Shown: piece by piece, positions 63,979-74,123 of the stretch
Numbering within the stretch: the first letter of the stretch is position 1
How the letters are laid out: each line of letters begins with the position of its first letter
Assembly (NCBI RefSeq): GCF_000737315.1
Contig: NZ_JMCB01000006.1
Coordinates: 764,001-1,012,000 of the forward strand
Reading direction: 5' to 3'
From: Hyalangium minutum
Lineage (GTDB): Bacteria > Myxococcota > Myxococcia > Myxococcales > Myxococcaceae
DNA length: 248,000 bases
Made by a program: the position numbers and the translations under genes
Notes under the pieces: generated by a model
The model's database searches: none
Told to the model about the DNA's origin: nothing
Seen by the model: the letters and a program-made list of their open reading frames with translations, nothing else

Positions 63979-64875
63979 TCAGCGCAGATTCAAGCCGGAG
64001 AGGGTGAAGGTGCGCACCTTGTCCTCATCCCACACCTGCAGGCTGTAGGTGCCCGGAAGGTTTTCATCTGGGCGGGTCACCTCCACCCAGATGGAGCCGT
64101 TCTTCCGGGGGGGGATGGGTTTGGGCAGCACCACATCGAGCGGCTCCAGTGGCTGGCCGGACGCGCCGGTGACGGCGGCGCTTGCCAGCCGCAAGGGCCT
64201 CGAGGGGTCGTTGTTCATGACATTCGCCTCCAGCACGAGCCGGTTCTTGGCCACGTAGAGCCGCAGCCGCTTCACCTGGAGCGCGGCCCCCGAAGCCAGA
64301 ACGGGAGGCGGGAAGTCGAGAGGACGGGGGGGGAGGGTGTGGTCCTCAAACGCCCCGTCCGCCAGCAACCGCGCGAGCCCGCCGAGAGCGGGGGGAGGCT
64401 GCCCCTGGAGGCAGCTCTGCAGCTCTTCCTCCTTGCGCGCAATCTCGGCCTGACAGGACTCCGAGCTGCGGGGCGCACGGAAGATATCCACCTGGCGATC
64501 GGCCTCGTCCCGGTAGACGACGAGGATGAAGGAGGCGCTCGCCGGAGCTGCGGTCCCCGTGAAGCGCACCGTCAGCTGGAGCCGCTCGCCCGGGGCCAGC
64601 TTCTCCGAGGGCATCAAGAGCATGGAGCGGTTCATGGCCTCCACGCGCTCGAAGCGAGGGCGGCCCTCCAGTTCCACCTTGGGGGCCAGCTCCCGGTCGA
64701 AGAGCAGCGAGGTGACCAGCCCCGGGCTGATGCAAATCTCGGGGGGAGGCGCCGCGCCTTCCTTCAGCTCGATGCGGCGTCTTCCTGTCTGGCAGGGGGA
64801 GGGCTGGGCCCAGACGGTGGAGGCTGTCCCGAGCAGGAGGAGCGCCAGGAGGAGGGCAGGGGGGGAGGGGGACAT
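63979..64875 (-). CDS. DUF2381 family protein
   Basis: Signal peptide, SPGLVTSLLFD; follows kinase. Confidence 0.75.
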   Translation of the reverse strand: MSPSPPALLLALLLLGTASTVWAQPSPCQTGRRRIELKEGAAPPPEICISPGLVTSLLFDRELAPKVELEGRPRFERVEAMNRSMLLMPSEKLAPGERLQLTVRFTGTAAPASASFILVVYRDEADRQVDIFRAPRSSESCQAEIARKEEELQSCLQGQPPPALGGLARLLADGAFEDHTLPPRPLDFPPPVLASGAALQVKRLRLYVAKNRLVLEANVMNNDPSRPLRLASAAVTGASGQPLEPLDVVLPKPIPPRKNGSIWVEVTRPDENLPGTYSLQVWDEDKVRTFTLSGLNLR

Positions 64876-64971
64876 GCGGCGGTGACTCCGGTTCAGCGCT
64901 GGGGCGGACGTCCGCCTCTAGCATGCCTCTCGGAGCCTGCCGGGCGACAGGCCACTTTGCGCGGGAGTCCT

Positions 64972-66951
64972 TCAGGGCCTCGAAGGAGGGTAGTGGTGGC
65001 CGTAGTAGACCCAGGCGTAGATGTTGACCTTCATCGCCCCGGGCCGCGAGTCCGGCGTGAAGGGGAGGCCATCGTTGGCGGTGTCTTCCTGGACGAGGAC
65101 GCCACAGAAGGGCAGCCGGCGGCCATCGGGCAGCACCGCCTCGGTGAAGCGGACGTAGAACCGGTCGCGGATGAAGCCCTGGCCCACGAACCGCGTATCG
65201 TCGGGGTAGCTGCGGCCAGGCTTTCGGGCGTCCCAGACGTAGACTTCGCGCGGGCCCTCGGCCACCGCCATGGTGAGCGTGGGCAAGTCGTCGAATGTCA
65301 GGAGGACGCGGGCGCGGTCAGCCCAGGGATCCCCCCAGAGCATCTCCTTCATGCTGGCCACGGCCTCGGGAGAGCACTTCGGGAGCGGAGGAGGCCCCAG
65401 GCGGACTGCGGCGTCCGTGCTGGCACAGCCCACCGCCACGGTGCAGGCGGCCACGGCCCCAGCCAAGGCGCGGGACTCCCACAGGCGCGAGAACCAGGGT
65501 TTGTCCAGGGGAGGAGGGAGGGGAGCGGGGGAGGGGTCGGGAAAGAAGCGCCTCATGGGTAGACCTTTCTTGGGTCGGGGAGGGGTGGGCTCCACGGCCT
65601 CCGCCGGGGGCCTCGCGCTGGGCCGGGCGTGGAGGGGAACTCGGAGAGGCCCATCCTCCAGGCGGGAGGCCGGGGGAGGCAGGGCCAGCAGCTGGCACAG
65701 CCACTCGGAGGAGGGCGCAAGGTCCATCGAGGCCCCGGTGTCTTGTCTCCCGGTGCCGGGCAGGCCGGCCCGCCACACGCCCGCGGCCAGCACCGTGAGC
65801 AGCACCCCGGTGGACAGCGCGGCCCGCCACGGGCGGCGCCGGTGCCACGAGGGACCCGGAGAGGCCCGTTCTATGGGGCCGGTGGGGATGGACTCCCCCC
65901 TGGGGGAGGTGGTCCCAGGTGAGGAGTGTGCTCCCCCCCCATCCTCCTTCCCCAAGAGGGGCCTCTCCGGGTCTTTCTGGCTGGACATGACGGCCGGTCC
66001 CCCGGTGCCCTCTGTCGTCGCGGCATGCGCGCCGGGCGAGAGTGGCACCTCCAAGAAGGAGGGGGCGTCATGCAGCAGCGCCTGTAACAAATCGTGGAGC
66101 GCCTGGCCGCTCGCGGGCCGCTGCTCGGGGTCCTTCGCCAGCAGCCGCAGCACCAGCGCTCCGAGCGCGGGCGGCACCTGGGGGTTGAGCACGGCGGGCG
66201 AGGCAGGCATCTCCTTTTCGATGAGCGAGGTGAGCACCTCCCGCGGCAGGGTGGGGGGGAAGGGCGGCACGCTGGTGAGCACCTCGTAGAGCGTGGCGCC
66301 CAGCGCGTAGAGGTCATCCGTGGGGCGGAACGGGTAGCGCGCGGTGGGGTCCGCGTAGCGCTCGCGGTGGAAGCGCAGGGCCTCGGGGGTGCGCAGGTGC
66401 GGGGTGCCCGGGGGCAGCGGGCCCTCGGTGAGCTGCGAGTCCGAGCCCACGTGCTCGCTGGCGCCAAAGTCCACCAGCACCGGCTCTCCGTCCCGGGCGC
66501 GCACCAGGATGTTGGAGCCCTTCAAGTCCCGGTGGTGGATGGACTGCGCGTGCAGCGCGTCCAGGGTGAGCGCCAGCGTGGCGAACACGCGAATCACCTC
66601 GCGCAGCGGGGGGCGCGACTGCTTCACCCAGTCGGTGAGGGTGGGGCCCTCCACCAGGTCCATGACGACGTAGTGGAAGCCGGTGCGAGGGTGCGGCCAG
66701 CGGCCGTGGGCCCACACCTTCACCACGTTGGGGTGGGTGACGAGCAGCAGGCAGGCCAGCTCTCGCTGGGCGCGGGCATCCGTGCGGTTGGCGTCGTCGC
66801 TGTCGGGGCCGTGCACGGCGAACTTGAGGGCAAACAGCTCCCCGTCCCGCTCCACGCGGAACACCGCTCCGAAGCCCCCGGCCCCCAGCCGGGCTTGGAT
66901 GCGGAAGTCGCCCACCATCATGTCCGGCATCAGCTGGAAGGGGTGCTGCAT
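64972..66951 (-). CDS. Ser/Thr kinase with TM helix and extracellular domain
   Basis: LGAGGFGAV, HRDLKGSN, DFG. Confidence 0.9.
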   Translation of the reverse strand: MQHPFQLMPDMMVGDFRIQARLGAGGFGAVFRVERDGELFALKFAVHGPDSDDANRTDARAQRELACLLLVTHPNVVKVWAHGRWPHPRTGFHYVVMDLVEGPTLTDWVKQSRPPLREVIRVFATLALTLDALHAQSIHHRDLKGSNILVRARDGEPVLVDFGASEHVGSDSQLTEGPLPPGTPHLRTPEALRFHRERYADPTARYPFRPTDDLYALGATLYEVLTSVPPFPPTLPREVLTSLIEKEMPASPAVLNPQVPPALGALVLRLLAKDPEQRPASGQALHDLLQALLHDAPSFLEVPLSPGAHAATTEGTGGPAVMSSQKDPERPLLGKEDGGGAHSSPGTTSPRGESIPTGPIERASPGPSWHRRRPWRAALSTGVLLTVLAAGVWRAGLPGTGRQDTGASMDLAPSSEWLCQLLALPPPASRLEDGPLRVPLHARPSARPPAEAVEPTPPRPKKGLPMRRFFPDPSPAPLPPPLDKPWFSRLWESRALAGAVAACTVAVGCASTDAAVRLGPPPLPKCSPEAVASMKEMLWGDPWADRARVLLTFDDLPTLTMAVAEGPREVYVWDARKPGRSYPDDTRFVGQGFIRDRFYVRFTEAVLPDGRRLPFCGVLVQEDTANDGLPFTPDSRPGAMKVNIYAWVYYGHHYPPSRP

Positions 66952-67160
66952 CACGCGTGCTCCAGAGACATCCCGGGTGGAGTCGGCCCGTTGCGTCTCC
67001 GCTGGCCGTACCTGACAAAGGGGGCCATGTGACCCGTTAGGAGGGGTTGTATGAGTATGACCTGCAAGGCAGGTTGGTTCAAGCAAGAAGGACCTAGCAG
67101 GTTGAGCCCCCGCCACGGGCGAGCAGCGGGGAGGGGCGGCGCGCGCTAGGGTGTGCGCCC

Positions 67161-67646
67161 ATGTCCATGTCCAAGGTCGACGAGCTGGTGCGAGCGCTGG
67201 GGCTCGAGCCCCATCTGGAGGGCGGTTACTTTCGGGAGACGTACCGCGCGAAGGCGCAGGTGGAGACGCCGCGAGGGGTGCGCTCGGCGGGCACGTCCAT
67301 CTACTACCTGCTGCGGCGAGGGGAGTTCGCGGCGTGGCACCAGGTGGCCTCGGACGAGGTGTGGCACTTCTACGACGGGGCTCCGCTCACGCTGTACCTG
67401 CTGAGCGAGCAGGGGCTGGAAGAGGTGACGCTCGGGCGGGAGGTGAGCCAGGGCGAGCGGCTGCAGGTGGTGGTCCCGGCCGGGGTGCTGCAGGCGGCGG
67501 TGCCGCGCGGGGACTACACGCTGGCGGGCTGCACCGTGGCGCCGGGCTTCGACTTCGCGGACTGGGAGCTGCCGACGCGGGACACGCTGGTGGCGCGCTA
67601 CCCGGAGCATGCCGAGCTGGTCCGCCAGCTCACCCGTCCGGGCTGA
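67161..67646 (+). CDS. Cupin, DUF985/YML079W family
   Basis: PHLEGGYFRE, DEVWHFY, VAPGFDF. Confidence 0.88.
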   Translation: MSMSKVDELVRALGLEPHLEGGYFRETYRAKAQVETPRGVRSAGTSIYYLLRRGEFAAWHQVASDEVWHFYDGAPLTLYLLSEQGLEEVTLGREVSQGERLQVVVPAGVLQAAVPRGDYTLAGCTVAPGFDFADWELPTRDTLVARYPEHAELVRQLTRPG

Positions 67647-67754
67647 GCGACGGGGCGGGTCGAGGCCCCGCATATAATGTTGCGGGGCGCCGGGGATGGG
67701 GTGTGTGAGTGTGGGCTAGCGAGGGTTCAGGTGTTCCTGACGTCGCCCACAAGC

Positions 67755-67865
67755 GCAGGCGCGAAGGCGATGAGGATGAGGGTCCTCTGCTGGGGCATCG
67801 CTTGCACCCCGTGACGACGATATGGAGGGCGATACCCTGTTCGAGCAACGCGTCGGTGCTACACG
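67755..67865 (-). pseudogene. Remnant of a DUF6310/DUF5953-like toxin-immunity junction
   Basis: Matches 149590-149690 (..IVVTGCKR-stop / MPQQRTLIL). Confidence 0.6.
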
Positions 67866-67940
67866 GTGCTAGGCGAACAGTCACTTTCTCCGCAGGGCAG
67901 CCCCCTAACCTTCTCCCCTCCTCGCATGAAGGAGTGACAC

Positions 67941-69308
67941 ATGGGGCTGAGGCGAATTCCCTGGAGAAGGATGAGCGCACTTGTCGTCGCGTTCCTCGTG
68001 GGATGCAGCAGCATCCCACGGGTCCCCCACGTGGAGGACACCGGCCAAGGCCAAGCCGTCGTCCACATTCCCCGCACGGTGGACCTGCAACTCGTCGTGG
68101 TGAAACCAGAGGAGTTCCAGCAGGCCATGAGGCGACTGGCGCGCGAGGTGCGACTGTCAGGCACCCCGCGTCAGACGGTGGAGAAGATGTTTCAGATGGA
68201 CCCGCAGTTCGGCAACTACCTCTACCTGCGGGCGGACAAGAAGTTGGTGCCGCTGGGTTCGGGCGAACCCTGGGACGGCACGTTGACGCAAGACGATCTG
68301 GAGACGGCCGAGCGCTACCGGGTCTGGTGCCAGCGCGTTTACAACGTCTACGGGGACTGTCTCGGGGGCGCGTTGGTGGGTGGGCGCTACCTGGACATGC
68401 ACGGCCGCTACATCTGGGCGCTGGCGCTGAGCAAGAGCCCGGTGATCGACGAGATGAAGAAGGCGCTGGGGGAGATGGTGGAAGTCCGCGCGCTCATCAA
68501 CACGGTCTTGTGGACGTTGGGTTCCATGCTGCTGATCCTGGCGCTCAACCCCGTAGCTCCGGCGCTGGTGGCGGTGGTTGGCCTGGGGCTGATTCTGTAC
68601 GTGGGTTACGACACGCTCCGCAACCTTGTCACCGGCTGGATCCAATTGATGGAAGAGGTGAAGGTGGCCACCACCTTCGAGCAGATCCGCGATGCGGGCG
68701 AGCGCTTCGGGAAGCTTCTCGGGCGAGAGGCAGCGCGCGCATTCGCCATGCTCCTGATGGCGGCCATTGGCTCGACGGCGAAGCTGTTCGCGGCCAAGGT
68801 GCCGACGCTGCCCGGCTCGGCGCAGGTGGCCGTGCAGGCCGATGGCACGGCAAAAATCTCGCTGTCCGCGTTGGGCTCAGTGGAGGAGATCGCGCTGACG
68901 GCGGAGGGCGTGAGCGTGACGGTGGCAGCCACCGCGATGACGATGGGGGCCAGTGGCAGTGGCAGCACAGGCCCCTGCATCGAGACGCACCACATCGCCA
69001 CCATCTGCAACGACACGTCCACCGCGCGCGGGGGCCCGTGGACACCGAGGTTCCGGGAGCTCTTCACCAAGGCGGGAATGTCGATGGAGGATCCGGCGAA
69101 CAAGATGCCTCTGCCGGGGCACAAAGGACCGCACCCCGAGCGGTATCACCAGATCGTCATGGACGAACTTGCCGGTGCAACGGAGACCTGTCCCAGCGTC
69201 GTGGAATGCCGGGAGGCGTTGGCTGGCGCACTCCGGAAACTGGCCAAGCAGATCGCCACCCCGGGAACAGAACTGAACCAACTCGTCACCCGAGCCACGC
69301 CACGATAA
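67941..69308 (+). CDS. Lipoprotein toxin with AHH nuclease tip (SitA-like)
   Basis: Lipobox LVGC, ETHHIATI, GHKGPHPERYH; paralog of 42226. Confidence 0.8.
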   Translation: MGLRRIPWRRMSALVVAFLVGCSSIPRVPHVEDTGQGQAVVHIPRTVDLQLVVVKPEEFQQAMRRLAREVRLSGTPRQTVEKMFQMDPQFGNYLYLRADKKLVPLGSGEPWDGTLTQDDLETAERYRVWCQRVYNVYGDCLGGALVGGRYLDMHGRYIWALALSKSPVIDEMKKALGEMVEVRALINTVLWTLGSMLLILALNPVAPALVAVVGLGLILYVGYDTLRNLVTGWIQLMEEVKVATTFEQIRDAGERFGKLLGREAARAFAMLLMAAIGSTAKLFAAKVPTLPGSAQVAVQADGTAKISLSALGSVEEIALTAEGVSVTVAATAMTMGASGSGSTGPCIETHHIATICNDTSTARGGPWTPRFRELFTKAGMSMEDPANKMPLPGHKGPHPERYHQIVMDELAGATETCPSVVECREALAGALRKLAKQIATPGTELNQLVTRATPR

Positions 69309-69317
69309 ACGGAGTCC

Positions 69318-69881
69318 ATGTCCCAGCGTTTCTTCAGACTCGCCGACGATGTCAACGTCCCGCACCGCTGGCATCTAGCAATGCCCAGGGACCGACAGAG
69401 CCTCAAAGTGGATGACGGGCAGTTCAGGCTTGGCTTCCCCGTCCTCTTCAAGGAGCGATTGAGAATCCCCGTCGAGACTGCGGGCACACCGCTGGACTTC
69501 ACAGAGGCGGGCATCATGATCCCGGTGGTTCATGTCCGGGTCGCGTCCATGTTCGCAGAGCTGGCCCCAGATGATGTGCAACTGATCCCCGTGGACGTGG
69601 AGGGCCAGCCGGATCAGTACCTCATCCTTGTGGCCACACGCCGCATCCACTGTATCGACGAAAAGGCATCCCGGATCGAACTCTGGACGCATGAGGACGG
69701 AGTGCCTCACAAGGTCGGTCAGTATTTCTCCGTGCGCGACCTGCGCATCGACAAGTCCAAGGTGGGGAGCGCCCAGGTGCTTCGGTGCGAGGGGTGGACG
69801 GGCCCGCTGATCGTCTCCGGGGAGATCAAGGACGCCTTGGATCGCATAGGGGCCACAGGCACGAGGTTCGAGGAGGTCTAG
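69318..69881 (+). CDS. Imm11/DUF1629-like immunity protein
   Basis: Downstream of AHH toxin. Confidence 0.75.
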   Translation: MSQRFFRLADDVNVPHRWHLAMPRDRQSLKVDDGQFRLGFPVLFKERLRIPVETAGTPLDFTEAGIMIPVVHVRVASMFAELAPDDVQLIPVDVEGQPDQYLILVATRRIHCIDEKASRIELWTHEDGVPHKVGQYFSVRDLRIDKSKVGSAQVLRCEGWTGPLIVSGEIKDALDRIGATGTRFEEV

Positions 69882-70181
69882 TCCGGTCTTCTGCGTCAGG
69901 GTTCTGGCGGCTCCGCGCGCTGGTGCACGGTGATCTGGGCGCTGCCTTGGACGGCAGGGGGAGTGCTGGCTCGGCTGGCGGCGGTGGGCGTCTTCTTGGG
70001 CGTGCTTCGGGCCATGCTGATGCTGCGCGACCGGCGCCTCGACAACCCCTGCCGCACCTGTCCGTATGGGAGCAAGCCGTTCTGTGGCCATTACCTGCCG
70101 GCCTACGAGCCGGAAATGTCGGGACTTTTGGCGTTCAAAACCCCCGACATTTCCGAACAGGCGGAGGCGGGTCCGGTCCCT

Positions 70182-71060
70182 TTAGGGGCGCCGCAGCCGC
70201 TCCGGATGTGTGTAGACGTTGAAGCGCCCGCCGCGCACGAACGTGGCGAGCGTCACTCTGGAGCGCTCCGCGAGATCAATGGCGAGCGAGCTCGCCGCGG
70301 ACACACTGGCCACCACGGGAATGCGAGCAACGGCCGCCTTCTGGACGATCTCGAAGCTCGCGCGGCCGCTCACCACGAGGACAGTGGGCGGGTGTTCGGG
70401 CGGAGGTGCCGGGAGGCTCGGTGAGGCACGAGAGGAACGCACCGCCCCACTGAGCACCAGCGTGCCCACCACCTTGTCCACCGCGTTGTGCCGGCCCACG
70501 TCCTCGGCCGAAGCGAGCAGCTCCCCGCTCGCGTCCAGCACAGCCGCCGCGTGAACGCCGCCCGTGCGCGCGAAGTTGCGCTGGAGATCTCTCAAGCGAT
70601 CGGTGGCGCGGCCCACCACCTTCGGCGCGAGCGCGGGTCCAGGCGGCACCGGTGAGCACACCGCCATCAGGTCATCCACGCTCCGCCGTCCGCAGACGCC
70701 GCAGGCCGCCGTGGTCAGCGTTCCCCGGCGGGAGGAGTTCACTCGCTCCACTTCGAGCACCAGCCCGGGAGCGGGCGTCACCTCGATGATGTTGCCCCAG
70801 CCCTCCTCACCTGGACGCCCGCAGTACGTCACACCGCCCAGGTCCTCCACGGAGCGGAGGATGCCCTCGGAGAACAGGAAGCCCACGGCGAGCTCCCGGT
70901 CCTGACCCGGGGTGCGCATGGTGATGGCCACCGTGTCGCCGCTGACGCGGATCTCCAGCGGCTCCTCTACGGCGACCGAGTCCTCCTCGGGTGCGGCGGC
71001 CTCTGCCTCCGAGAACCGCACCACCGTCCGCCGCGTGACGCCCTTCTCCTCACGGCTCAT
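70182..71060 (-). CDS. fdhD: Formate dehydrogenase accessory sulfurtransferase
   Basis: [28 protein letters not shown]. Confidence 0.92.
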   Translation of the reverse strand: MSREEKGVTRRTVVRFSEAEAAAPEEDSVAVEEPLEIRVSGDTVAITMRTPGQDRELAVGFLFSEGILRSVEDLGGVTYCGRPGEEGWGNIIEVTPAPGLVLEVERVNSSRRGTLTTAACGVCGRRSVDDLMAVCSPVPPGPALAPKVVGRATDRLRDLQRNFARTGGVHAAAVLDASGELLASAEDVGRHNAVDKVVGTLVLSGAVRSSRASPSLPAPPPEHPPTVLVVSGRASFEIVQKAAVARIPVVASVSAASSLAIDLAERSRVTLATFVRGGRFNVYTHPERLRRP

Positions 71061-71574
71061 GGGCCCGCTCCCGCGCCAGGTGCGTGATGAACTCGGCGAT
71101 GTTCCGCAGTTCCTCAGTCCCGAAGCGCCGCAGCCCTTCCGGAGCGTCTTCCGGCAAGCGCGGTGCATCCGTCACCACCGCGAGCACATCCGAGCGCATC
71201 GCCGCCAGCAGTGACCCCAGGCCTTCGCGCCACACCTCCAACTTGGGCAGAGGGCCTTCCTTCCAGCCCTCCACCAGCACCAGGTCCACTGCGTCCGCGA
71301 AGCGCCCGAGCAGGGGCAGCAGCGCCTTCGCGGGCTCGTCCTTCACCGTGAGCTGCACACCCGCCGGTGTGGCGAAGCCCACCAGGGCTGCCCCGCTGTG
71401 CTCGAAGCGGGCCGTGTCACTGCCCGGCCGATGCAGCGGATGCGGATCCGACGAGTGCTTCACCACACCCACGCGCAGACCCTGAGCCCGCAGCTCGGGC
71501 ACGAGCCGCTCCACCAGCGTCGTCTTCCCCGCGCCGGACCAGCCGATGACGCTCAGCGCGGGAGGCGCCTTCAT
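71050..71574 (-). CDS. mobB: Molybdopterin-guanine dinucleotide biosynthesis protein B
   Basis: GWSGAGKTTL, VLVEGWK. Confidence 0.9.
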   Translation of the reverse strand: MKAPPALSVIGWSGAGKTTLVERLVPELRAQGLRVGVVKHSSDPHPLHRPGSDTARFEHSGAALVGFATPAGVQLTVKDEPAKALLPLLGRFADAVDLVLVEGWKEGPLPKLEVWREGLGSLLAAMRSDVLAVVTDAPRLPEDAPEGLRRFGTEELRNIAEFITHLARERAHEP

Positions 71575-72815
71575 CCTTCCACCGCCACGTACCGAGGCCG
71601 GTCGAACAGCTCCATCTCCACCTCATCGCCCTCGGAGAAGTCGGCGCGGCCGGGAGGCAGAACCACGAGCCCTTCCGCGTCCACGTTCTGGAAAATCTGT
71701 CCCGAGCCCTGCGGCCGCATCTGGGCCCAGGGCCGTCCGCCGTCCTCGCGGTGCTCCACCGTGGCGGTGATGAGGTACGCCAGGCCCGCCTGCTTGTGCC
71801 GGGCCTCCGAGAGCCGTGCACGCAGCCGCCGTCGCTCCTCATGCACGCCCTGGAAGCGCAGCAGCAGCGGACGGCCAAACTGATCAAACGCGGTGGTGGC
71901 CGCACCGGGATTGCCGGGAAGCACCACCACCGCCAGCGCTCCCAGCCGAGCGACCGCCACGGGCTTGCCGGGCTTGAAGGCCACCCCATCCACGAGGAAC
72001 TGGGCGCCCAGCCCGGAGAGCACGCGCTTGACGTGGTCCTTGTCTCCCACGGAGGCGCCGCCCGTGGTGATGAGCACATCCACCCGCTGTGACAGCGCCG
72101 ACAGGGTGGTGCGCAGCTCCGCCTCGTCATCGCGGGAGCGCTCGGTGGCGACCACCTCGGCACCGGCCTCGCGGGCCAGCGCGGCGATGAGGTGGAGGTT
72201 GCTCTCGTAGACCTGATGCGGCAGCGCGGGCAGGCCCGGAGGGACCAGCTCATCTCCCGTCGCGAGCACGGCCACCCGAGGCGCTCGGCGCACGAGCGCG
72301 GTGGTGGCCCCCATGGACGCGAGCACGCCCAGCACATGCGCATCCACGCGCTGTCCGGCGGCGAAGAGGGGCGTGCCCTCGAGAACTTCCTCACCCGTGA
72401 GCCGGATGTCCTTGCCAGGCGAGACGGTGATGAAGAGAGAGACCCAGCCATCCCCCTCGGCCCGGGCGGCCTCCTGGCGGACGACGGCATCCGCGCCCGC
72501 AGGGATGGGCGCCCCGGTGAAGATGCGCGCGGCCTCTCCCGGCTGGAGAGCGCGAGAGGGCAGGGTCCCGGCATACACGGTGTCGACGATGCGCAGGCGC
72601 GCGGGGCGATCCCGCGTGGCGCCGAGGGTTTCCTCCGCGCGCACGGCCCACCCATCCATGGCGGAGGTGTCGCACCCAGGCAGTGAGCGCGCGGCCTGTA
72701 CCGCCGCCGCGAGGAAGCGGCCATGGGCCAGGAGCAAGGGCAGAGGCTCGGGCGGCACCGGGGTGACGGCACCGAGTGCGGCTTGCCGCGCTGGGATGAG
72801 AGGAGTGAGCGCCAT
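71571..72815 (-). CDS. moeA: Molybdopterin molybdotransferase
   Basis: SAMDGWA, TGDEL, GGASVG, LPGNP. Confidence 0.92.
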   Translation of the reverse strand: MALTPLIPARQAALGAVTPVPPEPLPLLLAHGRFLAAAVQAARSLPGCDTSAMDGWAVRAEETLGATRDRPARLRIVDTVYAGTLPSRALQPGEAARIFTGAPIPAGADAVVRQEAARAEGDGWVSLFITVSPGKDIRLTGEEVLEGTPLFAAGQRVDAHVLGVLASMGATTALVRRAPRVAVLATGDELVPPGLPALPHQVYESNLHLIAALAREAGAEVVATERSRDDEAELRTTLSALSQRVDVLITTGGASVGDKDHVKRVLSGLGAQFLVDGVAFKPGKPVAVARLGALAVVVLPGNPGAATTAFDQFGRPLLLRFQGVHEERRRLRARLSEARHKQAGLAYLITATVEHREDGGRPWAQMRPQGSGQIFQNVDAEGLVVLPPGRADFSEGDEVEMELFDRPRYVAVEG

Positions 72816-73010
72816 GGAAGTCCCGCTGAAGCCCCCAGCCTCTCCCAAAACCCCAGAGGGAGAAACTTCCACGAGCACCCCTGCGTCGGGTGGACAACCC
72901 GGTTCTCCACAGCCGGTGCGTGGCGGAGAGGCCCGGAGTACGGCAGGGACCCGCGCCTCCTCTGGTAGCCTGAGCCCCCGCCGCGTACCCCGCGTGGCGC
73001 TGGCGGACCC

Positions 73011-73610
73011 ATGGCGCTCTTCCCAGACGTGACGCTGGCGGTGGTGGCGGGAGGCCAGGGCCGGAGGCTCTCAGGCGTGCCCAAGGGGCTGCTGCGCGTT
73101 GGGGACAGGACGGTGCTGGACCGGCTGCTCACGCTGGCGCCCCTGTTCGCGGAGGTGCTGCTGGTCGCGAACGTGCCCGAGCCCTATGCCCGCTTCGGGC
73201 TGCGCACCGTCCCGGACGCCGTGCCGGGCAAGGGGGCTCCAGGCGGAGTCCACGCGGCGCTCGCGGCAGCGAGAACAGAGTGGGTGCTGGCGGTGGCGTG
73301 CGACATGCCCTTCGTGAGCCCCGAGGCCGTGCGCGTGCTCCTGGAGGCCCGAGCCCCCGAAGCCGGCGCCGTCTGCTTCACCGTGGAAGGCCGCGTGGAG
73401 CCACTGCTCGCCGTCTACCGAAGCTCTCTCGCGGACCCATGGGGTGAGCACCTTCAGCAAGGAGACCCGTCGCTGCGAGAGCTCCTCTCCCACGCCCGCG
73501 CGAGGCTGTTGCCGGAGGAGGCGCTCCGGGCGGTGGACGCGGAGCTGCGCTCCCTGGTGAACGTGAACACACCCGAGGACCTGCTCCGCCACGGCCTCAC
73601 GCGGCCCTGA
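73011..73610 (+). CDS. mobA: Molybdenum cofactor guanylyltransferase
   Basis: AGGQGRRLSG..K, ACDMP, NVNTPED. Confidence 0.9.
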   Translation: MALFPDVTLAVVAGGQGRRLSGVPKGLLRVGDRTVLDRLLTLAPLFAEVLLVANVPEPYARFGLRTVPDAVPGKGAPGGVHAALAAARTEWVLAVACDMPFVSPEAVRVLLEARAPEAGAVCFTVEGRVEPLLAVYRSSLADPWGEHLQQGDPSLRELLSHARARLLPEEALRAVDAELRSLVNVNTPEDLLRHGLTRP

Positions 73611-73616
73611 GCCCGC

Positions 73617-73982
73617 TCAGCGGCAGTGCAGGTTCACGGTGGAGAAGAGCTCGCTGATCTCGAACGGCTTCTTGAGGATGCCCTGGGTGCCCGGCAGCGG
73701 CGCCCGCCCGCTGGCCGTGACGATGATGATGGGGATGTCGCTCTGCGCCGGGTCCTGGCGCACGTGCCGCAGGAAGTCCTCGCCGTTCATCACCGGCATC
73801 ATCAAGTCCAACAGGACCAGACACGGCGGCCCTATCTGGCTCAGTACCTCGAGCCCCTCTTGTCCGTTGGAGGCGACGGCGACCTCGAAGCCCTCTCCCT
73901 CGAGGAGCTCCGCCATGGCCGCACGAATGTCCTCGTCATCCTCGACGATCAGGACGCTGCCTCTCTGTCGAGTCGTGCTCAC
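73617..73982 (-). CDS. Single-domain response regulator
   Basis: LIVEDD, LLDLMMP, KKPF. Confidence 0.88.
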   Translation of the reverse strand: MSTTRQRGSVLIVEDDEDIRAAMAELLEGEGFEVAVASNGQEGLEVLSQIGPPCLVLLDLMMPVMNGEDFLRHVRQDPAQSDIPIIIVTASGRAPLPGTQGILKKPFEISELFSTVNLHCR

Positions 73983-74123
73983 CAGGAGGATTGTAGGCAA
74001 GCCCGTGCCAGGAGACAGAGTTCGCGAACAGGCTCTGTCGGATTCCAACGCGCGCGCGCTTCGACACCTTTGTCCGGTACAGTGCCAGCCAGGGGACGGT
74101 AGCCAGCCGGAGCGGATCTTTCC

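Noticed and set aside
69930-70220. Short ORF with a Cys motif after the immunity gene
   Set aside because: No clear RBS, overlaps the fdhD end in the long version, and no recognisable family.
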